Shown one piece after another: positions 56,043-64,000 of a DNA stretch of 64,000 nucleotides. Numbering within the stretch: position 1 is the first letter of the stretch; every line of letters starts with the position of its first letter. Source of the DNA: an uncultured virus (IMG/VR IMGVR_UViG_3300031669_000019). Taxonomy: Duplodnaviria > Heunggongvirae > Uroviricota > Caudoviricetes. The stretch is from IMG/VR virus record IMGVR_UViG_3300031669_000019. The stretch is one strand, 5' to 3'. The notes beneath the pieces are model-generated. The model was not told where the DNA came from, did no database searches, and saw only the letters and a list, made by a program, of their open reading frames with translations. The position numbers were made by a program, and so were the translations under genes.

Positions 56043-57124
56043 ATTTTATTCCTAACATAGGGACATGCATCTACATAGGGGCACACATCTGGCAATAATT
56101 CCATATTATCTTTTATTTCCTGTTTAGATTCTTTTATCGTATCATTATTATCATTATAGCTGGAAACCATATCAGTAATGGTTTCCAATTTCTTAACCCT
56201 GTTGAAAATATCTATTCGCAAATAATCAATAGAATTTACCAAAGTGCCTAGTTTAATAAAATCCACCGTGGCGGTTTTTTTGTTATTGGCATTCCAATCA
56301 GAAATACTTTCTGACAATTGCTGGCAAGTATTTTCCTTTGCCTTCAATTCAAGTTGGGCCACATCGATTTTTTTTATTGTTGCCACGGCAGATAAAATAG
56401 CATCGTTTTTTGTAATTATTTTATCATAGGAACCGATTTGGTTTTTTAAATTATTTATTGTTTCTATAGACTCGTTATTGTCATCAATCCGTTTTTCCAG
56501 TTTATCAATTTTATTGACAAGCTCCTCTGCTTCGGGTAAATAATTAAAATTTTCTAATTCGCCTGCAACGTCATGTAAAGAAATTTCTGCTTGCTTTTTT
56601 TCTGCGTTATTTTCTCTTCGTTTCGTTTCTGCCTTACTAAGAACCTTATCAATTAAATCTAACCTAATTATATTATTAAAATATTTAGCAACATCACCGG
56701 CGCTCTTCGATAGTAAGAACGGGGAATCAAGCTGCATTTGAATATTAGTTTCGTCTATATTTAATATAGAAGGGATTTCTTCTGGAATATCCATTCCAAC
56801 GGCTTCAAGTATTTTAGGCTCTTCCAATTCCGGAATAAATATTTTATAGCCATTCATAGAATCAGATTTAATACGCTTAATTATATTAGTATCGTTTTCT
56901 ATAGCAACTGAGGTGGCTTTGATAGGTTTATTTTTATTATCACGATTCCAGTTGGATATATAGGAATCACCGTTAGGCCGATTAAATCGCGCCCAATAAA
57001 TGGATCTGAGCAACGAAGTTTTGCCGGAATCCGTATCACCGACAATTATATTTATTCCTGGGTCGAACTGCAGTATTGTTTTTTTGTGGGATTGAAAATT
57101 ATGTATGGATAAAGACTTGATCAA
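56039..57124 (-). CDS. SbcC/Rad50 N-terminal half, ending at a Cys hook-like motif
   Basis: NFQSH; Walker A GDTDSGKT; Q-loop; coiled coil; CPYVDACPY. Confidence 0.88.
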   Translation of the reverse strand: MIKSLSIHNFQSHKKTILQFDPGINIIVGDTDSGKTSLLRSIYWARFNRPNGDSYISNWNRDNKNKPIKATSVAIENDTNIIKRIKSDSMNGYKIFIPELEEPKILEAVGMDIPEEIPSILNIDETNIQMQLDSPFLLSKSAGDVAKYFNNIIRLDLIDKVLSKAETKRRENNAEKKQAEISLHDVAGELENFNYLPEAEELVNKIDKLEKRIDDNNESIETINNLKNQIGSYDKIITKNDAILSAVATIKKIDVAQLELKAKENTCQQLSESISDWNANNKKTATVDFIKLGTLVNSIDYLRIDIFNRVKKLETITDMVSSYNDNNDTIKESKQEIKDNMELLPDVCPYVDACPYVRNKI

Positions 57125-57214
57125 AAATTTCTCCTTACCGATTACGGTTTAGGTTCCGTGCATAAAAAGTATAACACAGAAATAGTGTTTATGCTAGTAT
57201 GCGAAAATGTTATA

Positions 57215-57523
57215 TTATTTTTTATAAGCAGAGCAGAATTCACACACGTTGAATTGTTTGCTGCTCATTTTGTGGCAGTGTGGGCATTCTTCTTCGGTGG
57301 AAGTGAATTTCAATTCAGCGGAATAATTTGATTTTTCTTCTATTAAGCTTACAGGAGGTTTATTTTTCTTTATTTGTACCAAGGCGCCATAAATTGAAAT
57401 GACAAGAAAAACGATAAACCAGATGAATGTTCCGAGCAAGCCGCTGCCGGAAACCAAGGAAATTAGAGCCGCAAAAAACCAAAGAACGATAAGAACGAAT
57501 GGAAGCAAAACAATATACACCAT
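57215..57523 (-). CDS. 2-TM protein with C-terminal zinc ribbon
   Basis: Own promoter at 57554; CPHC...CEFC. Confidence 0.65.
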   Translation of the reverse strand: MVYIVLLPFVLIVLWFFAALISLVSGSGLLGTFIWFIVFLVISIYGALVQIKKNKPPVSLIEEKSNYSAELKFTSTEEECPHCHKMSSKQFNVCEFCSAYKK

Positions 57524-57591
57524 GATTGTTCTCCTTTATGCAGAAATATCTTACATATATATTATAGAAACTGCTAAATTGTTTTTTAATT

Positions 57592-57623
57592 AAAAGTAGG
57601 CGCTTAATTTAATAAGCACCCAC
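57592..57623 (-). terminator. Terminator closing the RAMP/repeat operon
   Basis: GTGGGTGCTTA / TAAGCGCCTAC followed by TTTT. Confidence 0.65.
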
Positions 57624-57754
57624 GCACCTACCTGCCGAACCATAACACACCAGAACCAACCACACCGTGCCGGGACCAGCCACACCGAACCTGCCAAACC
57701 TTGCCATGCCCCACCAAACCACGCCTTACCCCACGGAGCCTCACCCCGCCTGCC
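57624..57754 (-). ncRNA. GGY-NN pentamer array 2 (two units of 11 pentamers delimited by GGCA)
   Basis: Strict 5-nt periodicity; constant GGY, variable NN; non-coding. Confidence 0.8.
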
Positions 57755-57766
57755 AAGTTATATATT

Positions 57767-58270
57767 TTAAGCAAAAATAGTTTCATGAACCTTCTTTAAT
57801 TTGGTATGGGCTTTCTGGAATATCTTATCCAAATAAGAATAATCACGCGCCATGTTTTCGGCTTCCATTACTGTCGAAGATAACCGATTCATGACTTGCT
57901 GTTTCAATTCAGGATCAGACATGACTTCCATTACCGGCTTATATGTCATAATCCTATTATCTTCATCCTCACCATCTAATCGAACAGATTCCAAAGCCCG
58001 AACTACCACAGAAACGGAATTACCTTTTTCATCTGCCCCGGCTATAGTGACAACAAGAGTGCGCATGATTTGGCGGGCTTGCTCTATACGGTGCAACTCA
58101 CCAGCAATTGAATCATCCCATTCAAAACATTTATACAGTTCGCTATTTTTATTTTTTCTAGCTATCTGCACAACTTTGGGCGCTTCTTTATTTTCTATCT
58201 TTTCTAGCTCCTCGCCGACCTTCTGAGCATCGGCAAATATTCTGTTTCCCTTCTTCCAATCGTATACCAT
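57767..58270 (-). CDS. Accessory protein between the GGY-NN arrays
   Basis: AAGGAG RBS; AQKVGEEL...FEWDD..A...R..QAR. Confidence 0.75.
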   Translation of the reverse strand: MVYDWKKGNRIFADAQKVGEELEKIENKEAPKVVQIARKNKNSELYKCFEWDDSIAGELHRIEQARQIMRTLVVTIAGADEKGNSVSVVVRALESVRLDGEDEDNRIMTYKPVMEVMSDPELKQQVMNRLSSTVMEAENMARDYSYLDKIFQKAHTKLKKVHETIFA

Positions 58271-58296
58271 ACTTTTCTCCTTATATAAAATTTATA

Positions 58297-58435
58297 ACCT
58301 AGCCTGCCCAACCATGCCTCACCAGGCCGCACCTCACCTTACCAAGCCGCACCTCGCCTAACCCGTCCCCGCCTGCCAAACATACCTCACCGCACCCAGC
58401 CATACCTCGCCTCACCCAACCATGCCTTACCTGCC
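58297..58435 (-). ncRNA. GGY-NN pentamer array 1 (units of 10 and 13 pentamers delimited by GGCA)
   Basis: Same grammar as 57624-57754. Confidence 0.8.
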
Positions 58436-58448
58436 AAATAATTTTTAT

Positions 58449-59069
58449 TTACTTCTTAGCTCGCTTTACCGGTATATTATCGGCATCGGTAGCTACGTGG
58501 AACATTCCATAGCTACCATCCTTTTCTGGACGCCATTCTCCAACGCCAACGCCGAACCCGGCCTGATTAAAAAGATTGACTATTTGCTCCAAGCTTATTT
58601 TATCGGCATTATAACGGATAGGTATGCTTGCGCGCCACTTCTTAAATTCCGGGCGATAGCGGATATCAGCCGTTCCCATACCCACGCGCACCATATCTTC
58701 CCGCATATTGGGTTTTCCTAATATGGGAACTAATTCACACGGTATATGAAAAGCGCCGCGCACTTCCGTCATCTTCATACCTTCGCAAAAACGCCCTGCG
58801 GCGCTTACAGCAGACGCCTTAAAACCGATAGCGGGAAAACCGGGTGTGCCATCTTCAAGCCGATAAAAGGCTTCTTCATAATCACGCTGTGGATCTTTCG
58901 CTTGCTGAGCGCCCTTGGCCTTTTTCATCTGCTTATCCAGCATGCCCCTTTTTACTTTTTCTGACCATGCGTGAACGATTAGTGGGGAATCGCCTACCAA
59001 TTCAATCGTAGCCAGTTGAATATTGATTTTCTTCAATTCAATCACTTGCACTTCAACAGACTTCTTCAT
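58449..59069 (-). CDS. Stand-alone RAMP / Cas7-like RNA-binding protein
   Basis: beta1-SPLIVH, PGFPAIGFKAS (compare Cas7-group P.IPGSSLKG), C-terminal G-rich loop AGFGVGVGEWRPEKDGSYGMF; GGAGG RBS. Confidence 0.7.
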   Translation of the reverse strand: MKKSVEVQVIELKKINIQLATIELVGDSPLIVHAWSEKVKRGMLDKQMKKAKGAQQAKDPQRDYEEAFYRLEDGTPGFPAIGFKASAVSAAGRFCEGMKMTEVRGAFHIPCELVPILGKPNMREDMVRVGMGTADIRYRPEFKKWRASIPIRYNADKISLEQIVNLFNQAGFGVGVGEWRPEKDGSYGMFHVATDADNIPVKRAKK

Positions 59070-59257
59070 AAAAGAGACCTCCAAATAAAAAACATAATAA
59101 ACGTCCTAAGCGTTCACATATATATTATAGAAATTGTTTTACAATTTAACGGTTTTTTAGAAACAAATAGAATAATTTGTTTTTTCAACCTTTTCTATAG
59201 GAACCATTTATAAAAAACTAAATCGTTCAATTTGTTCTATAATATTGTTTGTACAAA

Positions 59258-59302
59258 CCCTCTATACATTTTTTGTATAGAGGGCTCTATACATTTTTTG
59301 TA
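59258..59302. repeat. Overlapping inverted and direct repeats in the divergent intergenic region (operator or origin candidate)
   Basis: CCCTCTATACA-T5-TGTATAGAGGG; CTCTATACATTTTTTGTA twice. Confidence 0.7.
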
Positions 59303-59468
59303 GAGATATATAAGATATAATACGTTATTAAAAATAAGACTTTATTACATAAAGTCAAGCAACCTGCGGTTGAATCACAATTTTTCGACTACTTTACAGA
59401 ATAATTCACGTGTGTTATACTTGATATGCTAGGAAAAGAATTTGGCCGTTCCAACCTGGTATTGACAG

Positions 59469-59575
59469 ACTACGGATTCAATCAAGTCCCTATAGACGGG
59501 TTGCTGATTAAATCCTTTTTCCGTAGTGAGGATTTATAGTCAGGGCCACAACCCGTCTATAGGGATTTTCTTTTT
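59469..59575 (+). promoter_or_regulatory. Structured leader of the rep-like gene
   Basis: 17-bp perfect stem 59487-59503 / 59549-59565 plus U-tract; possible pseudoknot. Confidence 0.55.
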
Positions 59576-59585
59576 CGGAGGAACT

Positions 59586-60821
59586 ATGACAAATATTATC
59601 GCTTTCCGTTGTAATCAAAAGGCAAAAATAAAATATAACCTAAATAGTGACGACCTGGTTTTTCTGGACTGGATGAAAGGTTTTGCTTCAAACATAAAAA
59701 TAAAAAAAATAATGAATGATGAAGAACATTTTTTCTGGATAAAATATTCCAAGGTACTGGAAGATTTGCCAAGCATTTTCATCAATGTACTTTCTATCCG
59801 CAGACGAATAGCCAAACTATCGGCAAATAATCACGCTGCCATGAAGCCTTTAATTTCTAAATTAGTTGCAACCAGTCACGGTGTAGAAACTTATTTTGCT
59901 TTCAATCCTGTTGTGATGGATGAATTGGAGGGTAATTCAATGAGCGGGTTCGATGATGAATTGGGCTTGACCAAACTGAAATCCAAAATAAAGGAATCCA
60001 ATTATAAAAAAATACCAGTAAATAAAAACGTGCAATTCATATTTGAACGGATAAAAAAATTCAGCGTCAACGATAAAGAATTATTCCCACACGCCAGCCC
60101 GCTCGATGATCACCACTATTCCAAAACATTCGCACAATTCCAGGAAGCCCTTTACAGTTTATACGAAGGCAAATTCTTGACTAATTATTCTTTCAATACT
60201 TTTGAGGAATGGTTTCAGTTAAAATATAAATATTACTTACAAAAAGATAAAATAATAGAAAATATAAAAGCGTGCAAAGGCGATTGGGAAGCTATAAGAA
60301 AATTATTAGTTAAAGCTATTAAAAACTATATTAAATGGTTTGATTCCGAATCGGAACAACGCGATAAATCAAAACTGCCTAGGAATATAAATGCTTTTAT
60401 TTACGATAGGTTTAATCATTTATCTATGTTTTATGTTTGCTTGATCGAAGGCCCGACTGACTTACGCGAGGCAGAAGCAGAAAAAACGTTTGATACTATA
60501 TTACCAAATTATAGAAAGATAGCATTAAAAATATATGACAAGAGCTTCGATGGCTTCCTTTTCTGGAATAAAATAAAATCCGTGTTACAATGGTATAAAA
60601 AATATTCAAAGGAACTATCCAATTCAAATGACGGTTGCTATTATTGGCTATCGATTGGATGTGAAGAATTTTTAGCGGATTATATTTCGTGGCTTTATGC
60701 GTTTACTGATGAAGCCCCGTTTATAAATAATATCGGTATCAATAATTTAACCTGGAAGACATTCATAAAAGAAAAGAAAACTAAACATGCTATCTATATC
60801 GATATCCCTTTAACACTTTGA
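59586..60821 (+). CDS. Putative replication initiator / DNA-binding protein (N-terminal wHTH-like)
   Basis: L...DLVFLDW...FFWIKY..V.EDLP resembles phage initiator N-termini; GGAG RBS. Confidence 0.5.
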   Translation: MTNIIAFRCNQKAKIKYNLNSDDLVFLDWMKGFASNIKIKKIMNDEEHFFWIKYSKVLEDLPSIFINVLSIRRRIAKLSANNHAAMKPLISKLVATSHGVETYFAFNPVVMDELEGNSMSGFDDELGLTKLKSKIKESNYKKIPVNKNVQFIFERIKKFSVNDKELFPHASPLDDHHYSKTFAQFQEALYSLYEGKFLTNYSFNTFEEWFQLKYKYYLQKDKIIENIKACKGDWEAIRKLLVKAIKNYIKWFDSESEQRDKSKLPRNINAFIYDRFNHLSMFYVCLIEGPTDLREAEAEKTFDTILPNYRKIALKIYDKSFDGFLFWNKIKSVLQWYKKYSKELSNSNDGCYYWLSIGCEEFLADYISWLYAFTDEAPFINNIGINNLTWKTFIKEKKTKHAIYIDIPLTL

Positions 60822-60847
60822 CATAAAGTGTATATATGTCAACTATC

Positions 60848-60926
60848 GTCAAAACGGCGGTTCAATCCTTCAACCGTATACTTTATAGGGTTCGGGCTAG
60901 AAAACCTTGTCACACATTTATCTTAA
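60848..60926 (+). repeat. Dispersed conserved element, copy 3
   Basis: GTCAAAAC...GTATACTTTA...AAACCTTGTCACACATTTATCTTAA. Confidence 0.85.
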
Positions 60927-61296
60927 CGCAAAAACGGCCTGTTTCCACCTCTAGTTTCTGCCGCGATTGCGATTGACGGCAGTAGTATAGCTTTTATACT
61001 ATATATAAAATAAAATACGGCCTAGAAACGCCTACAACGCGTTTTCTCGGTCATAGGCATATAAGTATACGGGATAGCACACAAACTCCATAACAAGGCA
61101 GCAAACGGGTATACAGGAGGTATTAAGAAAATATAATAAATGGCTTTTATTGTTGTTAAGTAAAAGTACTTAACAAGAAAGTAAAAAAACGTATAAATAA
61201 TGTACTTTTTTACCTATTTTGTTTAGAAAATCCTTTATTTATTTCTAAATATGTGTATAATATATAGTGTACGAAGATAGTTTATAGGAGGATTTT

Positions 61297-61506
61297 ATGA
61301 GGCACGAATCGACCAGGAATTTTAGTATGTACGATGTAGCCGCTAGGGCCAGCAGCACCCCACAAACCCGATATCCTCTATCAGGTTATAATACCCGCTA
61401 TGGTTATCCAGCTTGTGGTCGCGCTATAAAACATGGCTTGATAACCTGCGTTGGAACAAACAAGCGTGGCGAATGGCTCTATATCCGCACTGAGGCCAAC
61501 AAATGA
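61297..61506 (+). CDS. hypothetical protein
   Basis: TGTATAAT promoter and AGGAGG RBS. Confidence 0.55.
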   Translation: MRHESTRNFSMYDVAARASSTPQTRYPLSGYNTRYGYPACGRAIKHGLITCVGTNKRGEWLYIRTEANK

Positions 61507-61691
61507 TAAACGATACCGACATGGGCAAAACGGTGAAAATGCTCACCGGAAAAAACAAAGGGAAAACCGGAACTATAGAATATATTTATCCCGCTGGAAC
61601 GCTCGGATGTTTCTTTACTATCATCCAAATAAAAATAACGGAACGCTTGTCCGGGCAGTTTACACCGGAACAATTACAGTTGGTTAAATGA
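61503..61691 (+). CDS. small KOW/SH3-like protein
   Basis: GKTVKMLTGKNKGKTGTI. Confidence 0.55.
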   Translation: MINDTDMGKTVKMLTGKNKGKTGTIEYIYPAGTLGCFFTIIQIKITERLSGQFTPEQLQLVK

Positions 61692-61735
61692 TCATTCTTT
61701 TTTGGATGATCAAGTTTTTATTATAGGAGTAGAAT

Positions 61736-62008
61736 ATGGCAGACAAGCGGGGAACGAAGGGCTGCGATGCGGCTGGCAGGAATACGGCGCGCTGCGCTCG
61801 CTATCAGGCGCTGGGGCATCTGGATCGCAACAAGGCCAGAAGCATAAAACGGAACAAGAAGCATCTGGAAAAGGCTAAACTCAGGCACAGCCGAAATAGC
61901 GTAATTTCCGAAATAACCAAACGGGAATTCCGCTTCACCAAAAACCATCCTGGCAAAATTTACTGGGAAACGGTAGCCAGCCACGGGCATGCAACTCCCG
62001 GCCTATAA
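61736..62008 (+). CDS. basic hypothetical protein
   Basis: AGGAG RBS. Confidence 0.6.
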   Translation: MADKRGTKGCDAAGRNTARCARYQALGHLDRNKARSIKRNKKHLEKAKLRHSRNSVISEITKREFRFTKNHPGKIYWETVASHGHATPGL

Positions 62009-62012
62009 ATAA

Positions 62013-62067
62013 ATCACCCTGACGAGTAGCTGAAAATTGCTACGAAACGCCGTGAGGCGTCGGTGAT
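62013..62067 (+). ncRNA. Type I hammerhead ribozyme
   Basis: ATCACC-CTGACGA-GTAGC/GCTAC-GAAA-CGCC(GTGA)GGCG-TC-GGTGAT; predicted cleavage after C62061. Confidence 0.92.
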
Positions 62068-62108
62068 GATCGCGGGCAGCGACAGGATGCCGGATCAGGA
62101 GGCACAAA

Positions 62109-62351
62109 ATGGCTTATCATATGCAATTTGCAAATCAAAAAGAATATGAGCGCTTTCATGAACGACTGGAAAAAATAAAAAAACTATACATAGAAAAAAC
62201 CAATGACGCCCAGGAAACATTCGATACGTTAGTAAAAAAAATGAATTACAGTCCCAGAAGGGCCGCAGAATTGGTAGAGCAATGGCGATCCAAAGCGAAA
62301 TTGCTGAAGCGCCGAAAGCCCCTGTGCTTCCAGGATTTCATATGTCAATAA
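62109..62351 (+). CDS. hypothetical protein
   Basis: AGGAGG RBS. Confidence 0.6.
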   Translation: MAYHMQFANQKEYERFHERLEKIKKLYIEKTNDAQETFDTLVKKMNYSPRRAAELVEQWRSKAKLLKRRKPLCFQDFICQ

Positions 62352-62473
62352 AAACCTATGACGATTTACGTGACTGTTTTCGTTTGTTTCATTTGGATAT
62401 AATATCCAAGTATGAATTGATTTGCGCCATTTATATATGGCAATTGAATGGTGCAATTCTTTAAGGAGATTTT

Positions 62474-62767
62474 ATGAGCCGCCCAAAAGGTTTTAAATTA
62501 TCTGATGACCAGAAAGCCAAAATGCAAGCCGGGCGGCTCCTGAGAAGAGAAAAAGCCCACGAAGGCTTGATTGATGATGAACCTATAATAAAATATAATA
62601 AAAAAACTTCCTTTGTCATTGGGTATGGCTGGTCAAAAAGCGATACGCTAGTATTCCCCATATTCAAATCTGAAACTGATATTTATAAGCGTAAAATATA
62701 CCTTACAGTGGAAAAAGCACGCGAAGCGCTAGACAGATTTTTATCAAAGGAGCATATAAATGCTTGA
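62474..62767 (+). CDS. hypothetical protein
   Basis: AAGGAG RBS; RPKGFKLS..QKAKM start. Confidence 0.6.
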   Translation: MSRPKGFKLSDDQKAKMQAGRLLRREKAHEGLIDDEPIIKYNKKTSFVIGYGWSKSDTLVFPIFKSETDIYKRKIYLTVEKAREALDRFLSKEHINA

Positions 62768-63341
62768 TTCAAATGCTATGTTCAAACAATATCGCCGAAT
62801 GATCGAAGGTGCTGCGTGGAAAGCTACAAAACATTATCACATTGACATTGAAGAAACACGCTCGCAAGTTTATTTAATATTCTGCGAAGCATTGGAACGA
62901 TTTGACGAAAGTAAAAATTGCCAATTTGGTACTTTTCTTTTCAACAGACTTAGAACGATTTTCGATTATTGTTCTCAAGAAAGAAAAAATATTCATATAT
63001 CTTTATCACCGAAAGATAATAAATATAATGAAAATGATTTCGATACAAAAGCGAATATAAATATTTATGCCATTGAAGCACGACAATACCAAGAATTTAC
63101 CCAAGCGCTAGACCGACTGGAAACCGGCTTGGACTTATCGGAAGATGCGCAAGAAATCCTGGATTTCATCATCAGTCGCGTTTGGGAAGTGCCTGGCGCA
63201 ACAAAAAAGCTGCTCCCGCGTTTCCATCCCACGATGTTATATTATACTAAATCGGAAGGCTGGAAGCTCGCTCGCGTAAAAGCAGCTTGGGAAGAAATAA
63301 AAACGTGGTGGCTAGCCGATAACCATTTACAGGTAATATAA
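62760..63341 (+). CDS. Sigma-70-like factor (region 2)
   Basis: QYRRMI..AAW...DIEE...LIF.EALERFD....FGTFL..RL. Confidence 0.7.
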   Translation: MLDSNAMFKQYRRMIEGAAWKATKHYHIDIEETRSQVYLIFCEALERFDESKNCQFGTFLFNRLRTIFDYCSQERKNIHISLSPKDNKYNENDFDTKANINIYAIEARQYQEFTQALDRLETGLDLSEDAQEILDFIISRVWEVPGATKKLLPRFHPTMLYYTKSEGWKLARVKAAWEEIKTWWLADNHLQVI

Positions 63342-63342
63342 T

Positions 63343-63654
63343 ATGAGTGAACTACCGTACACAAAACAAATTTTATTTATATCAGGAAAAGAAAAAGATG
63401 CGTTTGCTTTTTGGCTACTGCTTCGCCAAACGCTTCGCCCGATCCATCAATATACATTGTGCAAAGCCATAGAAAAAGAAATAGTGAACGAAAAAATATG
63501 GCAAGATATAGAAAAAATAAAGTTGATATTGAATAAGTATTTTATATTAAAAACAAGCAAAGAAAAATCTATAATAATAGTGAAGAAGAATCTTTCTGAA
63601 GATGAACGGAAAAAACGCAGCGATAGAATAAAATTGCTGCATAAAAAGGAGTAA
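63343..63654 (+). CDS. hypothetical protein
   Basis: In operon. Confidence 0.55.
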   Translation: MSELPYTKQILFISGKEKDAFAFWLLLRQTLRPIHQYTLCKAIEKEIVNEKIWQDIEKIKLILNKYFILKTSKEKSIIIVKKNLSEDERKKRSDRIKLLHKKE

Positions 63655-64000
63655 ATTATGAAGATAAAACCAGAAGAATGGGAATTAGCCATACACTATG
63701 ATATTGGGTACGATATATATGAAGTTACTTTATGGAATAAACTGACTGCTGAAATGAGAACAAAAAGATATTCGCCTGAAACGATGATGAGAAAAATATT
63801 CAAAGATCATGTAACATTCTAAAATCGTTTTCTATAATATCTATGTATCTATTTTAATTTTAAGGAGCATTTTATGTGCGATTTCGTATCATGGATTTCT
63901 GTTGGTAGGAAACTCTATTGGCTTGAGGATGACATGATCGAAGCCAAAGGTTGGGATTTTGAAAATTCCATCGGGCATTCCGCCATAGAAAAATATTATG

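Noticed and set aside
57624..58435. CRISPR array or simple microsatellite
   Set aside because: There are no 25-40 bp repeats with spacers, and the NN variation with GGCA phasing does not fit slippage. Reported as GGY-NN arrays instead.
1..64000. Integrase/IntI, prophage boundary or alternative genetic code
   Set aside because: No tyrosine or serine recombinase is recognisable, the ABC genes are interleaved with phage genes rather than forming a host flank, and core genes are intact in the standard code.

Overview
Most of an AT-rich tailed dsDNA phage genome (siphovirus-type; ORFs are cut at both window ends). The + strand arm (0.4-20.9 kb) encodes replication, recombination and modification functions: primase, radical SAM protein, SNF2 helicase, two DNA methyltransferases, DnaB-like helicase, PLP enzyme, clamp, UDG-PolA fusion, clamp loader, gp32-like SSB, RecA, three tRNAs and a structured non-coding block. 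The - strand arm (21-59 kb) holds lysis, tail, head and packaging genes plus accessory regions. A + strand block (59.6-64 kb) carries a rep-like gene, a sigma-like gene and a hammerhead ribozyme. Three candidate systems stand out. (1) At 57.6-59.1 kb, an operon pairs a stand-alone Cas7/RAMP-like protein with non-coding arrays of GGY-NN pentamers, a candidate RNA-guided system with a non-contiguous code. (2) At 41.2-43.3 kb, there are integron-type gene cassettes with attC hairpins and a duplicated attI-like element, with no integrase in the window. (3) At 46.7-53.4 kb, a sugar ABC transporter, a CMP-nonulosonate synthetase and a Maf-type glycosyltransferase form one module. A spirochaete host is inferred from attC style and the Maf/ABC content. 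All calls are by-eye motif recognition; no database searches were run.
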